Of a stretch of DNA of 64,000 nt, positions 28,859-38,473 are shown piece after piece. This DNA comes from a bacterium (GTDB lineage Bacteria; Patescibacteriota; Microgenomatia; Daviesbacterales; UBA10151). The notes beneath the pieces are model-generated. The model did not search any database, was not told the DNA's origin, and worked only from the letters and a program-made list of their open reading frames with translations. Positions within the stretch are counted from its first letter, which is position 1; each line of letters opens with the position of its first letter. Location: the NCBI GenBank assembly GCA_021786105.1, contig JAJYNW010000005.1, forward strand, positions 32,001 to 96,000, given 5' to 3'. Made by a program: the position numbers and the translations under genes.

Positions 28859-30570
28859 AGTTGTGGATCAAAAATAATTGGACCTTCCTTTTGGGGCTAA
28901 TTCTGACATTAGCCCTGCTTTGGCCCCTCTTTCAGGCTCCTTATTTCTCACAACATGACGATGTTCAGACTATCCGGCTTTATGAAATGGATAAATGCTT
29001 CAAGGATGGCCAGATTCCCTGCCGCTGGGTTCCTGACTTGGGAGGATTATACGGATACCCGCTGTTTAATTACTATGCGCCTCTCCCATATTACTATGGG
29101 GAAATATTTTATTCACTAACCCACAGTTTGCTTTTCTCTGCCAAATTAATGTTCGTCACCGCTTTTGTCGGTTCTTTCATCTTCATGTTTCTTCTTGCAA
29201 GAAAGTTGTGGGGGGGTTATGGAGCCCTAATTTCGGGAGTGTTTTATGCCTATGCTCCTTATCATGCTGTTGATTTTTATGTCCGAGGAGCAATGGAAGA
29301 AATGTGGGCCTTAATGCTTTTTCCGGCAATTCTTTGGGCGCTATTCCGTTTAAAGGAATCGACACGGATTTATAACGTCATGCTCCTTGGCTTGTTTTTA
29401 GCCTTGTTAATGCTTTCGCATAATTTAAGTGCCATGATTTTTCTGCCAATTATCTTCACCTTAGTGGTGTTTTTTATGTGGCAAAAAAGGGATTTTAGGC
29501 TTTTAAAACTTGTTGTCCTTTCGGGAGTATTAGCATTTCTTCTTTCGGCTTTTTATTTTTTACCAATGGTAGCAGAGAAAAATTTGGTGCATGTTGAAAC
29601 AACAGTTGAGGGTTATTTTTCCTATACTGAACATTTCAAAGGTTTATATAAACTTTTCATTCAGCGGAATTGGGGTTGGGGTGCATCAGTGAGGGAAGTT
29701 CCTGGTGGGGAAAAAGACGGAATGTCTTTTCAGATAGGATGGGTTCATCTTTTAGGATGGTTCCTGGCTTTGGCTACTGCTGCCTATCTCTGGAAAAAGG
29801 ATAGACCTAAGAGTCTCCTCTTGGTTATGTTCTCGCTTTTTACGGTTGCTAGTGTATTTATGATTCATCCACGATCAGAATTCATTTGGAAGTTAATTGA
29901 CCCCCTTAAATATTTACAATTTCCCTGGAGATTCTTGATGTTAATTATCTTTTTTGTGTCTTTGATGTCAGGGAGTATTTTTGTTTGGTTGAGCAAGAAA
30001 AAAGCAATTCTGCTCCTTTCGGGGCTGATTATTTTGGTGGTTGCGGCAAACTTTACCTATTTCCGGCCTGAAAAATTTATTCAAGTGACTGACCAGCAAC
30101 TTTTAACTGGTAAAAATTGGGATACGGAAATTAAGCGTTCGATATTTGATTTCCTGCCGATTTACGCCCAAGAGCCGCCGGCAGAATTGGCCACAACCAG
30201 GTATCAAGTTGTTGTGGGTAATGCTAAGGTAACCAACTTCAAAGAAGGGACTAATTGGTTTAACTTTAATGCCAACATTGATACCCACACCATACTCTTG
30301 TTGTCCCAATATTATTTCCCTAATTGGAAAGTTTATGTTGATGGTCAAGAAGTAAAAGTGGAGTACAAGAATAACCATCTTGGTTTAATGAGTTTGATTA
30401 TTGGGCCGGGAAACCATTATATTTCAGGGAAGCTTGAGAATACCACCATCCGCTCTGCCGGCAATTTGATTAGCCTTGGAGGGGTATTAATTTTCTTATT
30501 ATTAATACCAACTCAGATTCCCAGTACAAGAAGGTGGCTTACTTACTATTTGAAAGCATTATATAGGTAG
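28846..30570 (+). CDS. GT-C-type membrane protein, tandem paralogue of 27203-28858
   Basis: HDDVQTIRLYEM, RWVPD, YYAPL, APYHAVDFYVRGA, QFPWRFL, YFPNW. Confidence 0.75.
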   Translation: MVNLKLWIKNNWTFLLGLILTLALLWPLFQAPYFSQHDDVQTIRLYEMDKCFKDGQIPCRWVPDLGGLYGYPLFNYYAPLPYYYGEIFYSLTHSLLFSAKLMFVTAFVGSFIFMFLLARKLWGGYGALISGVFYAYAPYHAVDFYVRGAMEEMWALMLFPAILWALFRLKESTRIYNVMLLGLFLALLMLSHNLSAMIFLPIIFTLVVFFMWQKRDFRLLKLVVLSGVLAFLLSAFYFLPMVAEKNLVHVETTVEGYFSYTEHFKGLYKLFIQRNWGWGASVREVPGGEKDGMSFQIGWVHLLGWFLALATAAYLWKKDRPKSLLLVMFSLFTVASVFMIHPRSEFIWKLIDPLKYLQFPWRFLMLIIFFVSLMSGSIFVWLSKKKAILLLSGLIILVVAANFTYFRPEKFIQVTDQQLLTGKNWDTEIKRSIFDFLPIYAQEPPAELATTRYQVVVGNAKVTNFKEGTNWFNFNANIDTHTILLLSQYYFPNWKVYVDGQEVKVEYKNNHLGLMSLIIGPGNHYISGKLENTTIRSAGNLISLGGVLIFLLLIPTQIPSTRRWLTYYLKALYR

Positions 30571-30740
30571 ACTATAACCGCTTTGCCAGAACAGTGCATT
30601 TAAATTCTGAGTAAATTTGGCAAAGATAAGCGGAGCTTGCGACCTTCGGTCTAATGGTTTCAAACTTCCGCAGTTTAATGCTAGCAAAGCGGATGTAAAC
30701 TTGAAAGGAGAAAATGCAGACTTTCGGTCTGCGGAAGTTT
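30571..30740 (+). promoter_or_regulatory. Structured leader with overlapping inverted repeats (candidate cis-regulatory RNA or REP-like element)
   Basis: Pairings 30581-90/30616-25, 30578-89/30681-92 and 30662-73/30729-40; hairpins 30641-51 and 30716-32. Confidence 0.5.
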
Positions 30741-32234
30741 ATGGAAGACATTAATGCGGATGAGCACTTGGATGCTACAGGTGAAATTACAATCGAAACG
30801 GTTAAAAAAAGAGCAGTTGGCGGAATAGCTGCTTTAACCGGGAGAACAATATTTTTTCAGGGTGTAACCCTTATCGCCACTTTCTTTCTGACTGTTTTTT
30901 TAAATCCCGGCCAGTATGGTGTGTTTTATATTGTTTCGGCGGTAGTAGGATTTTTTGCCAAATTTGATATGGGTTTGGCTGCAGCGTTAGTCCAAAAGAA
31001 GGATCACCCTGCACCGCAAGACTTAAAAACTGCATTTACGATCCAAAACTCGATAGTGCTCACTTTTGTTATCCTTATTTTTCTGACTACTCCTTTTATC
31101 TCTAGTTGGCAGCACCTAAACCAAGAAAGCACTTATTTGCTTTGGGCTTTAGCTTTGGGGTTATTAATAGCATCTTTAAAAAGTATTCCCTCAACTCTTT
31201 TAGAAAGAGAATTGAATTTCAGCAGATATGTTATTCCTCAAATGGTGGAACAGTTATTGTTCTATACAGTGGCAGTATTTCTGGCTTGGCGGGGTTTAGG
31301 GGTAACCAGCTACACCGTTGCTGTATTGGTAAGCGGAGTATCGGGACTAATCTTGATTTATATTTTGCGTCCCTGGAAACCCGGGATTGCTTGGGATGGA
31401 AAATCTTTTAGGAATTTGCTTCGTTATGGGATACCTTACCAATTTAATACCATTTTGGCTTCAATTAAGGATGATGGCATGACTCTGGTATTGGGTGGAA
31501 TCTTAGGGTCAGCGAATTACGGCTTGTTAGTTTGGGCCAAAAAGTGGGCTGAAGCTCCCCTCCGGTTCTTTATGGACCAGGTCATTAAGGTGACATTTCC
31601 AGCCTATTCCCGGATGCAAGACAACCAGGAAGAGCTTTCAAAAGCTGTAACAAAATCCTTGTTATTCATTTGTCTTTTGGTTTTTCCGGCGTTGGCTGGA
31701 TTAGTCATCCTGGCTCCTTCTTTAGTTAATCTAATTCCCCGATATGGGAAGTGGGAACCTGCATTATTTGCCCTGGCGCTAATTTCCATAAACTCAGCTT
31801 GGGCAGCAATAACTACTCCTTTAACTAATGTGCTGATGGCTATCGGGAAAATAAAAACTACTTCCCGCTTGATGGTCATGTGGACAGTACTTACTTGGGT
31901 ACTTTTCCCGCTGCTTGCTTATCTTTACGGAATAAACGGGGTAGCGTGGGGTTATGTTGTGGTAGGATGCAGCTCGCTGGTTGCTGTTCTGGTTGCTTTG
32001 AAATCTGTTAAAGTTGATATCCTCTCATGTATTGGTAAGCCTTTGTTTTCAACCCTAATTTTTGCTTTAGCTTTATTAGCCGGCCGTCAACTATTGCCCT
32101 TATCTTGGATCAGCTTTTTCTCTATTTTAATGTTCGGGTTATTAATATACCTGTTTTTTACCTTCCTGCTTTTGGGGCCGACTCTGAGCAAAGATGCTAA
32201 AAAATTAGCTTTAGGAATTAGGGGGAGGATCTAG
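30714..32234 (+). CDS. Wzx-like (MOP superfamily) oligosaccharide flippase
   Basis: About 12-14 TM; L.P.QYG.F, DMGLAAALVQ, LERELNF, VTFPAYSRMQ. Start is 30714 or 30741. Confidence 0.85.
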   Translation: MQTFGLRKFMEDINADEHLDATGEITIETVKKRAVGGIAALTGRTIFFQGVTLIATFFLTVFLNPGQYGVFYIVSAVVGFFAKFDMGLAAALVQKKDHPAPQDLKTAFTIQNSIVLTFVILIFLTTPFISSWQHLNQESTYLLWALALGLLIASLKSIPSTLLERELNFSRYVIPQMVEQLLFYTVAVFLAWRGLGVTSYTVAVLVSGVSGLILIYILRPWKPGIAWDGKSFRNLLRYGIPYQFNTILASIKDDGMTLVLGGILGSANYGLLVWAKKWAEAPLRFFMDQVIKVTFPAYSRMQDNQEELSKAVTKSLLFICLLVFPALAGLVILAPSLVNLIPRYGKWEPALFALALISINSAWAAITTPLTNVLMAIGKIKTTSRLMVMWTVLTWVLFPLLAYLYGINGVAWGYVVVGCSSLVAVLVALKSVKVDILSCIGKPLFSTLIFALALLAGRQLLPLSWISFFSILMFGLLIYLFFTFLLLGPTLSKDAKKLALGIRGRI

Positions 32235-35200
32235 GTGCTTAAAAGATTATTCCTTGTATTAAGTATATTCTTTTTAGTATTGTCCTTTTTATTTGTCCCT
32301 AAAAAGGTACAAGCTGCAGATAACTCCTTTGTAAATATAGTTAATCCTGTGAGGGGAGCAGATTTTTGGGATTTAAAAGGCCAAAAACCGGTAGATAGTG
32401 TTTTAGGGGAAGCCGAAATCCTAAAACAAGCAAACTTGCCTGCTACGTGGCTCATCCGCTTTGATGCCTTAAATGACAATCAAGTTACAGATGTTATTAA
32501 AAATTTACCCCAAAATCATGAAATTGGTTTGTTTTTAGAGGTCACTCCTACTTGGACTAAGGCAGCAAATGTAAATTATAAATCTTCAGGCAGTTGGCAT
32601 GGAGCAGGGAGTGCATTTTTGACCGGTTATGAACCTTCTGAGAGAGAAAAATTAATAGATAGTGCCTTTGATAATTTCAAAAGAATTTACGGTTACTATC
32701 CCAAGTCTATTGGTGCCTGGTATATCGATAGTTACTCCTTAAGTTACATGCAGAAAAAATATGGAATTGTGGGGGCATTAATTGTTGCCGATCAACACAG
32801 TACCGATAGCTATCAAATCTGGGGACAATTTTGGTCAACCCCTTATTATCCTTCCTCAAAAAATACCCTGATACCGGCCCAAAATTCTGAAGATAAATTA
32901 CCTGTAGTCATTACCCAATGGGCGGCGCGTGACCCTCTAAACGGATATGGCAAAGGGGTAGAGGAGAGTACCTACAGTGTTCAGCCAAATGATTATATTG
33001 ATTACCATAATTTGGGCACTAACTACTTTTCTAATCTCTTAGATATCTACACTTCCCAAAATTTGAATCAATTTAACCAAATTGTAGTTGGATTGGAGAA
33101 CACTTACTCCTGGAAAAAGTATCAATCTGAATATCAAAATCAAATAAACATTATCTCTGCAAAGAATAAATCAGGGCAGTTTGGGGTGAATACTATGAAA
33201 GATTTCGCGGGCTGGTACATGAATAAATTTACCGGTGTTTCCCCGACTCAAGTGGTAGTGGCTAAGGATCCGCTCGGAACGGATAAATTTGCAGTATGGT
33301 TTATGAATCCATTCTATCGGGCTGGATGGGTTTATAACCAGGATGGAAGTTTATTCCGTGATGTAAGGCCTTATACCGAGGGGAGGGATGAACAGTGTTA
33401 CTCAGTTTCCTGTGACAAACTGGAGTTTGCCACTTTTGCGCTTTGGACGATTGATGAAATTACCAGAAATCAAAAGTTTGTTTTGGATCCGGGTAAAGTT
33501 AAAGACATTGAGTTAGCTAAAGATGGTCAAAACTATTTGCTCAAGTACTCTAATGAAGCAGGAAGAACACGGGAGGTGACTTTTATGCCCCGCGATATTG
33601 GGGTTGATGGAAAAGTTAAATCAATAGATGCCTTTATCTTGGATGCGACTTCCGGCAGCCAAGGAGGGCAAACTACAAAGGAAAAATATCCCGAAAGCAA
33701 TATCAAAGTACCGGCTCCCAATATTCCTCTGTTTTTGGGATCAATTTTGAAATTTGTGCTATTTTTGATATTCGCTTTATTTATTCCGGGGTTTGTGCTT
33801 TTGGGAAGGACCAAAGAATTACATATTTTAAACAGGGCTTTTCTTTCAATTTGTATAGGAATTGTCGGGATTACTGTTCTTTCGTATTTAACAGGGTACC
33901 TAAAGATAGGGTGGATAGCTTATCTCTATATAGCTGTGTTTTTGTTGATTTTTATATCGCGGAGATTTCACCATGATCTTAAAATAGACAAATCAGAAAT
34001 TAGGTTCTCAAAGGTATCAGCTGCCATTCTTTTGGTAATTGTAGCAGGTACTATTTTCCAGTCTTTAGCCATGATCCGATCTGGTTGGCCTTACAGCTTT
34101 GGTTTAGGTTTTTGGGGACCAATCGGGCACGACGGCATTTGGCATCAGGCATTAATTAACCAATTACTACAAAATGTTCCGCCTCAGAACCCCGGTTTTG
34201 CGGGTAATACTCTTTCTAACTATCATTACTTTTATGACCTCCTTGTTGCCGTTACGGCGGCATTAACTCAAATACCAGTTCTGGATTTGTTGTACAGGTT
34301 TTATCCGGTGCTCTTATCGTTGCTGCTGGGAGCGGGGACTTATTTTTTGGTGATGAAATTGTCAAAGAGTAAAATTGCCGCTTTGTTGTCCTTATATTTT
34401 GTTTATTTTGCAGGCAGTTTTGGATGGATGGTAGAGTTTATTAAACAAAGGCACTTTGGTGGTGAATCATCTTTTTGGGCGAACCAACCGGTTTCTGCAA
34501 ACCTGAATCCCCCCTTTGCAATCTCTTTGGTTTTGCTGGTTGCTTTAATGGTACTTGTTTCTTACATAAGAGAACGTAACCTCAGACTAGGTTTTTTGGT
34601 GGCGCTAACTGCCGGGTCATTAATTGAGTTTAAAGTGTATGCCGGTGTTATTGTTTTGGGAGGGCTATTTGCCACTGCGCTCTTGCAGTTTTTACAAAAA
34701 AGAGATTTATCGGCAATGAAAATGTTTTTTGGGGCATTGGTGTTATCGCTGGTAGTTTTTCTGCCCCAAAACAGTAAGTCGGGTGAGCTTTTAGTGTTTT
34801 CTCCTTTTTGGTTTGTGAATTCAATGATTAATTTCCCCGATAGGGTAGGTTGGGAAAGACTGGCTTTAGCTCTTCAAGTGGCTCCCTTAAGGGGGGAATG
34901 GCTTAAGTTCTTTGTGGTAGAAGGGATAGCTTTGTTAATTTTTATAGTTGGAAACTTGGGGACCAGATTTTTGGCACTGTTTTCTTTGCCTGTATTTTTT
35001 AAGAGGAGATTATGGGAAATGCCCGAGTATCTTTTAATTATTTTTATGTCCGCTCTGGCTTTTTTAATTCCGGTATTTTTTATTCAAAAGGGTAATCCCT
35101 GGAATACGATCCAATTTTTCTATTATTTCATTTACTTTGTGGCTATTTTTACGGGGGATGCCTTAATAGCTATAAGGAAACATCTGCCAAAATATTTAAG

Positions 35201-35699
35201 TTTTGTTCTTTTGGGAATTTTGCTAATAATTACTCCCATTAATGCTTTTGTGACGTTTACCAGCTATCTTTCCTCGTCTTCTCCCTCAAGGCTTACCGGC
35301 GGAGAGTATGCAGGACTTAGCTTTTTGCACAAACTTCCCGATGGTGTTGTATTGACTTATCCTTTTGATAAGAATGAGCGTTCTAAATTTAACGACCCGT
35401 TCCCCTTGCTAATTTATGATACAAGCAACTATGTTTCTGCTTTTTCAGGAAAACCAGTGTTTGTGGAAGATGAAATTCAGCAGGAAATTTTGCAAAATGA
35501 TTACCAAAAGAGATTAGTAGAGGCCTCCGATTTCTTTAATGGAAGGGATCCCAAATGGTCTGCTAATTTCTTAAAGCAAAACAATATTAAATATATTTAT
35601 CTTCCGAAGATATTCTCTGTTTCACTTGATGAAGAATCGCTTAATTTAAAAAAGGTTTATGATAATGAAGAGGTGGATGTTTATGTTCGTCAGAACTAA
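32235..35699 (+). CDS. Fusion: extracellular NodB/GH57-like barrel domain plus multi-pass GT-C-like domain
   Basis: N-terminal PATWL, HEIGLFLE, YGYYPKSIGAW, WGQFWSTPYYPS. C-terminal GHDGIWH, NYHYFYD with many TMs, homologous to 39106-41079. Confidence 0.65.
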   Translation: MLKRLFLVLSIFFLVLSFLFVPKKVQAADNSFVNIVNPVRGADFWDLKGQKPVDSVLGEAEILKQANLPATWLIRFDALNDNQVTDVIKNLPQNHEIGLFLEVTPTWTKAANVNYKSSGSWHGAGSAFLTGYEPSEREKLIDSAFDNFKRIYGYYPKSIGAWYIDSYSLSYMQKKYGIVGALIVADQHSTDSYQIWGQFWSTPYYPSSKNTLIPAQNSEDKLPVVITQWAARDPLNGYGKGVEESTYSVQPNDYIDYHNLGTNYFSNLLDIYTSQNLNQFNQIVVGLENTYSWKKYQSEYQNQINIISAKNKSGQFGVNTMKDFAGWYMNKFTGVSPTQVVVAKDPLGTDKFAVWFMNPFYRAGWVYNQDGSLFRDVRPYTEGRDEQCYSVSCDKLEFATFALWTIDEITRNQKFVLDPGKVKDIELAKDGQNYLLKYSNEAGRTREVTFMPRDIGVDGKVKSIDAFILDATSGSQGGQTTKEKYPESNIKVPAPNIPLFLGSILKFVLFLIFALFIPGFVLLGRTKELHILNRAFLSICIGIVGITVLSYLTGYLKIGWIAYLYIAVFLLIFISRRFHHDLKIDKSEIRFSKVSAAILLVIVAGTIFQSLAMIRSGWPYSFGLGFWGPIGHDGIWHQALINQLLQNVPPQNPGFAGNTLSNYHYFYDLLVAVTAALTQIPVLDLLYRFYPVLLSLLLGAGTYFLVMKLSKSKIAALLSLYFVYFAGSFGWMVEFIKQRHFGGESSFWANQPVSANLNPPFAISLVLLVALMVLVSYIRERNLRLGFLVALTAGSLIEFKVYAGVIVLGGLFATALLQFLQKRDLSAMKMFFGALVLSLVVFLPQNSKSGELLVFSPFWFVNSMINFPDRVGWERLALALQVAPLRGEWLKFFVVEGIALLIFIVGNLGTRFLALFSLPVFFKRRLWEMPEYLLIIFMSALAFLIPVFFIQKGNPWNTIQFFYYFIYFVAIFTGDALIAIRKHLPKYLSFVLLGILLIITPINAFVTFTSYLSSSSPSRLTGGEYAGLSFLHKLPDGVVLTYPFDKNERSKFNDPFPLLIYDTSNYVSAFSGKPVFVEDEIQQEILQNDYQKRLVEASDFFNGRDPKWSANFLKQNNIKYIYLPKIFSVSLDEESLNLKKVYDNEEVDVYVRQN

Positions 35700-35704
35700 A
35701 ACAA

Positions 35705-35721
35705 ACAGACCGAAGGTCTGT
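35705..35721. repeat. 17-nt cGAAg triloop hairpin, sibling of 30716-30732
   Basis: acagacc-gaa-ggtctgt followed by gcaagtttATG. Confidence 0.65.
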
Positions 35722-35729
35722 GCAAGTTT

Positions 35730-37241
35730 ATGAAACTCAGATTTAAAAATTATATCCCAATTATTCTTATTATCCTCCTGGCAATATTTTTGCGGTTTGT
35801 AAACATCAATTCTAATCCTCCTTCTATGTATGGAGATGAACTTACCTTAGTCTATGATGCTTATTCAATCCTAAAGACAGGACATGACCAAACCGGAGCT
35901 TTTCTGCCCTTAACATTTGCCATGAGTGAAGGTAGGCCACCTGCTTATGTCTACCTAACTGTACCATTGGTGGCGGCATTTGGTCCTACGGCGTTTGCTG
36001 CAAGATTTTTCTCTCTGGTCTCGGGCGTAGGAATTGTTCTTTTACTCTATCTTATACTTAAATCGTTAGTTTCTGAACGGGTTGCAACAATTGGAGCTCT
36101 ATTTGCGGCAATTTCTCCTTGGGATTTATCACTTTCCCGGGGTGGATTCGAAACCCATCTGGCTCTGTTCTTGTCGCTTTTGGGAGTATATGCAGCTGTT
36201 CGTGCCAAGGTCCGTCCTTGGTATTTATTGATTTCTGGGATCTCATTTGGTTTGGCAATCTTCACATATCACTCATATAAAGTTGTGGTTCCGGCGTTTT
36301 TACCATTCTTGTTGTGGTTTATTGATTTAAAACAACTAATTAAAGATAAAAAATTTCGAAAGAGTTTCATTATCGGGGCGACTGCATTTTTGTTTTTTGT
36401 TTCATTCTGGTTATATCAGGTAATTGGAGGATCGGAAATCCGTTTTCAAAATACCAGTCTCTTAAGCAATGCTAAACTCTCATCTACTATAACCGAAAAG
36501 GTTAATACCGAGAGAACTTTAGATAACTCACCTTTTAAAGTTATCATTCACAATAGACCAGTGGAGTATTTAACAACTTTAGGGGATAACTATTTTTCTC
36601 ATTTTTCTTTTGATTTTCTTTTTTTGCATGGAGACGGAAATCCTCGGCATAACCAGGGGTTAATGGGGGAAATGTATATTGCTGATTCATTGTTGGTATT
36701 GCTGGGAATAATTTTTCTTTGGCAAAAATACAAGAAAGTTGCGCTCCTTTTGGGAGGTTGGATGATAGTTTCGCCCTTAGCTACGATGGTAGTTTCTCCA
36801 GCTCATGCTTTAAGAAGCACATTCCTTCTACCACCGCTTTTAATCTTATCTGCAACAGGTTTTACATATCTTCTGGAATTATCGCGTGATAAATGGGTAG
36901 CAAAATTAGTGTTTTTTGCAGTGGTACTTGGCATAATAACCCAATTCATTTTTCTTGTAGATAGAGTTTATTACTTATACCCCAAGCAGTTTGGAAATTT
37001 TTGGAGTCTGTCTGCAAAAACCGCATCCGAAGATGCATTGGCTGAAAGCAAAAAATATGATTATGTCGTTTTATCTGACCAAATTGATAGCATCAATTTA
37101 GCTTTTCCTGTTTATGTAAAAGTTGACCCAAATCAAGTTATTTCCCAGTATAATCAAAACGTTAGAAATTTTGGTAATATTTATATTGGCAAGGTATCCA
37201 ATTTGCCGGGTAATGTTTTATACATAAAAAATAATCAATGA
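35730..37241 (+). CDS. GT-C glycosyltransferase, ArnT/PMT-like
   Basis: YGDELTLVYDAYSILKTGHD, SRGGFE, FLFLHGD; paralogue of the 52.8-57.6 kb trio. Confidence 0.8.
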   Translation: MKLRFKNYIPIILIILLAIFLRFVNINSNPPSMYGDELTLVYDAYSILKTGHDQTGAFLPLTFAMSEGRPPAYVYLTVPLVAAFGPTAFAARFFSLVSGVGIVLLLYLILKSLVSERVATIGALFAAISPWDLSLSRGGFETHLALFLSLLGVYAAVRAKVRPWYLLISGISFGLAIFTYHSYKVVVPAFLPFLLWFIDLKQLIKDKKFRKSFIIGATAFLFFVSFWLYQVIGGSEIRFQNTSLLSNAKLSSTITEKVNTERTLDNSPFKVIIHNRPVEYLTTLGDNYFSHFSFDFLFLHGDGNPRHNQGLMGEMYIADSLLVLLGIIFLWQKYKKVALLLGGWMIVSPLATMVVSPAHALRSTFLLPPLLILSATGFTYLLELSRDKWVAKLVFFAVVLGIITQFIFLVDRVYYLYPKQFGNFWSLSAKTASEDALAESKKYDYVVLSDQIDSINLAFPVYVKVDPNQVISQYNQNVRNFGNIYIGKVSNLPGNVLYIKNNQ

Positions 37242-38473
37242 TATCACCTAAATTGCAAAAGATTTTAATAATGGGAATTTTGTTGAGGCTTTTAATAATG
37301 CCTTTTTATTTTCACCCCGATATCAAAACTTATAACTTTCAATCTTCATTTTTAAAAAATGGTGTCGTAAATATTTATTCATATCTTACAGATCATAAAC
37401 AAGATTTACCTCTGAAAGAGGAATTTGTCTATTTCCCGTTAACTTATTTCTTTTTGGGAGGTTACCAAATATTAGCATCTCCGTTTTTGGGGCCGGGATT
37501 TCACCAGTGGCTTTTTGATGCTTCCCAATCTGCAACTCAACGGCCTGATGTTTTTAGGTACCTTTTTATTTTAAAACTTCCTTACCTTCTTTTGGACATC
37601 GCCATAGGCTTTTTGCTAATGAAATTTTTTGAAAAGGACGAGGACAAGAAAAGGGTATTCACCATCTGGATGTTTAATCCTCTTTCCCTAGTTTTAATTT
37701 ATGCTTTCTCGAACTTGGACATTATTGTTGTATTTTTGACTGTCCTGAGTTTATTACTGGCCCAAAAACAAAAACCCATATCTGCAGCTCTTGCGCTTGG
37801 AATTGGGGCAGGATTTAAGGCCTATCCGTTATTGTTTGCCCCATTCCTAATGCTCACAGTTAAAGATTGGAAACAAAGATTGGGAATTTTACTGGTCTCC
37901 GTTTTGCCCTTTATCCTGACAATTGCTCCGTTCTTAAGATCTACAAGTTTTAAAGAGGCAACTTTAACTTCTGGACTTATGACTAGACTTACTTTAATGG
38001 GAATGAATTTAGGTTTTAACGAAACATTGCTTGTCGGTGTAGCGGCACTCTCTGTATTATTTTTCTGGGGTTTTTCAGAGATGCAAATTTCCAAAGATAA
38101 ACTTTGGCAATATTATCTGGCGCTTTTATTGTTACTTTTGTCTGTAATCCATTTTCATGTCCAGTGGATTTTATGGATGATGCCGTTTGCGGCCTTACTT
38201 TTTGTAAGATCTAAAAAACTAATCTTGCCTATGGCCTTACTTCTTTTAACGGCATTTTTTATTCCCTTGCTTTATGAGGACAAAGCTATGACCGTGGGGC
38301 TCTTTTCTGTCATTAACCCTACATATAATTTATTGCCAATTCCTTTTGCTATTGTTCAAAAGTTTTATGATCCCTATGTTATCCAGAGTATCTTGCATAG
38401 TATTTTTGCGGGGGGGAGTTTAGTGGTTGCTTGGAAAATACTGAGAAGTAGAAATGTAGATATCGATGAATAG
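37238..38473 (+). CDS. GT-C glycosyltransferase, GT87/PIG-M-like
   Basis: FHPDIK, YFPL, LKLPYLLLD, FNPL, NLD, K.YP, QWILW. Confidence 0.7.
   Translation: MISPKLQKILIMGILLRLLIMPFYFHPDIKTYNFQSSFLKNGVVNIYSYLTDHKQDLPLKEEFVYFPLTYFFLGGYQILASPFLGPGFHQWLFDASQSATQRPDVFRYLFILKLPYLLLDIAIGFLLMKFFEKDEDKKRVFTIWMFNPLSLVLIYAFSNLDIIVVFLTVLSLLLAQKQKPISAALALGIGAGFKAYPLLFAPFLMLTVKDWKQRLGILLVSVLPFILTIAPFLRSTSFKEATLTSGLMTRLTLMGMNLGFNETLLVGVAALSVLFFWGFSEMQISKDKLWQYYLALLLLLLSVIHFHVQWILWMMPFAALLFVRSKKLILPMALLLLTAFFIPLLYEDKAMTVGLFSVINPTYNLLPIPFAIVQKFYDPYVIQSILHSIFAGGSLVVAWKILRSRNVDIDE

Noticed and set aside
30592-30600. cagtgcatt resembles the start of a JUMPstart element
   Set aside because: No ops core (GGCGGTAG) follows; a 9-nt match is probably chance
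30619-30692. Resemblance to a c-di-GMP-I riboswitch (GGCAAA...GGTCTAA...ATGCTAGC)
   Set aside because: The GNRA-capped P2 stem and the CGCAAAG junction are missing between these words, so it is not called. An Rfam scan would settle it.
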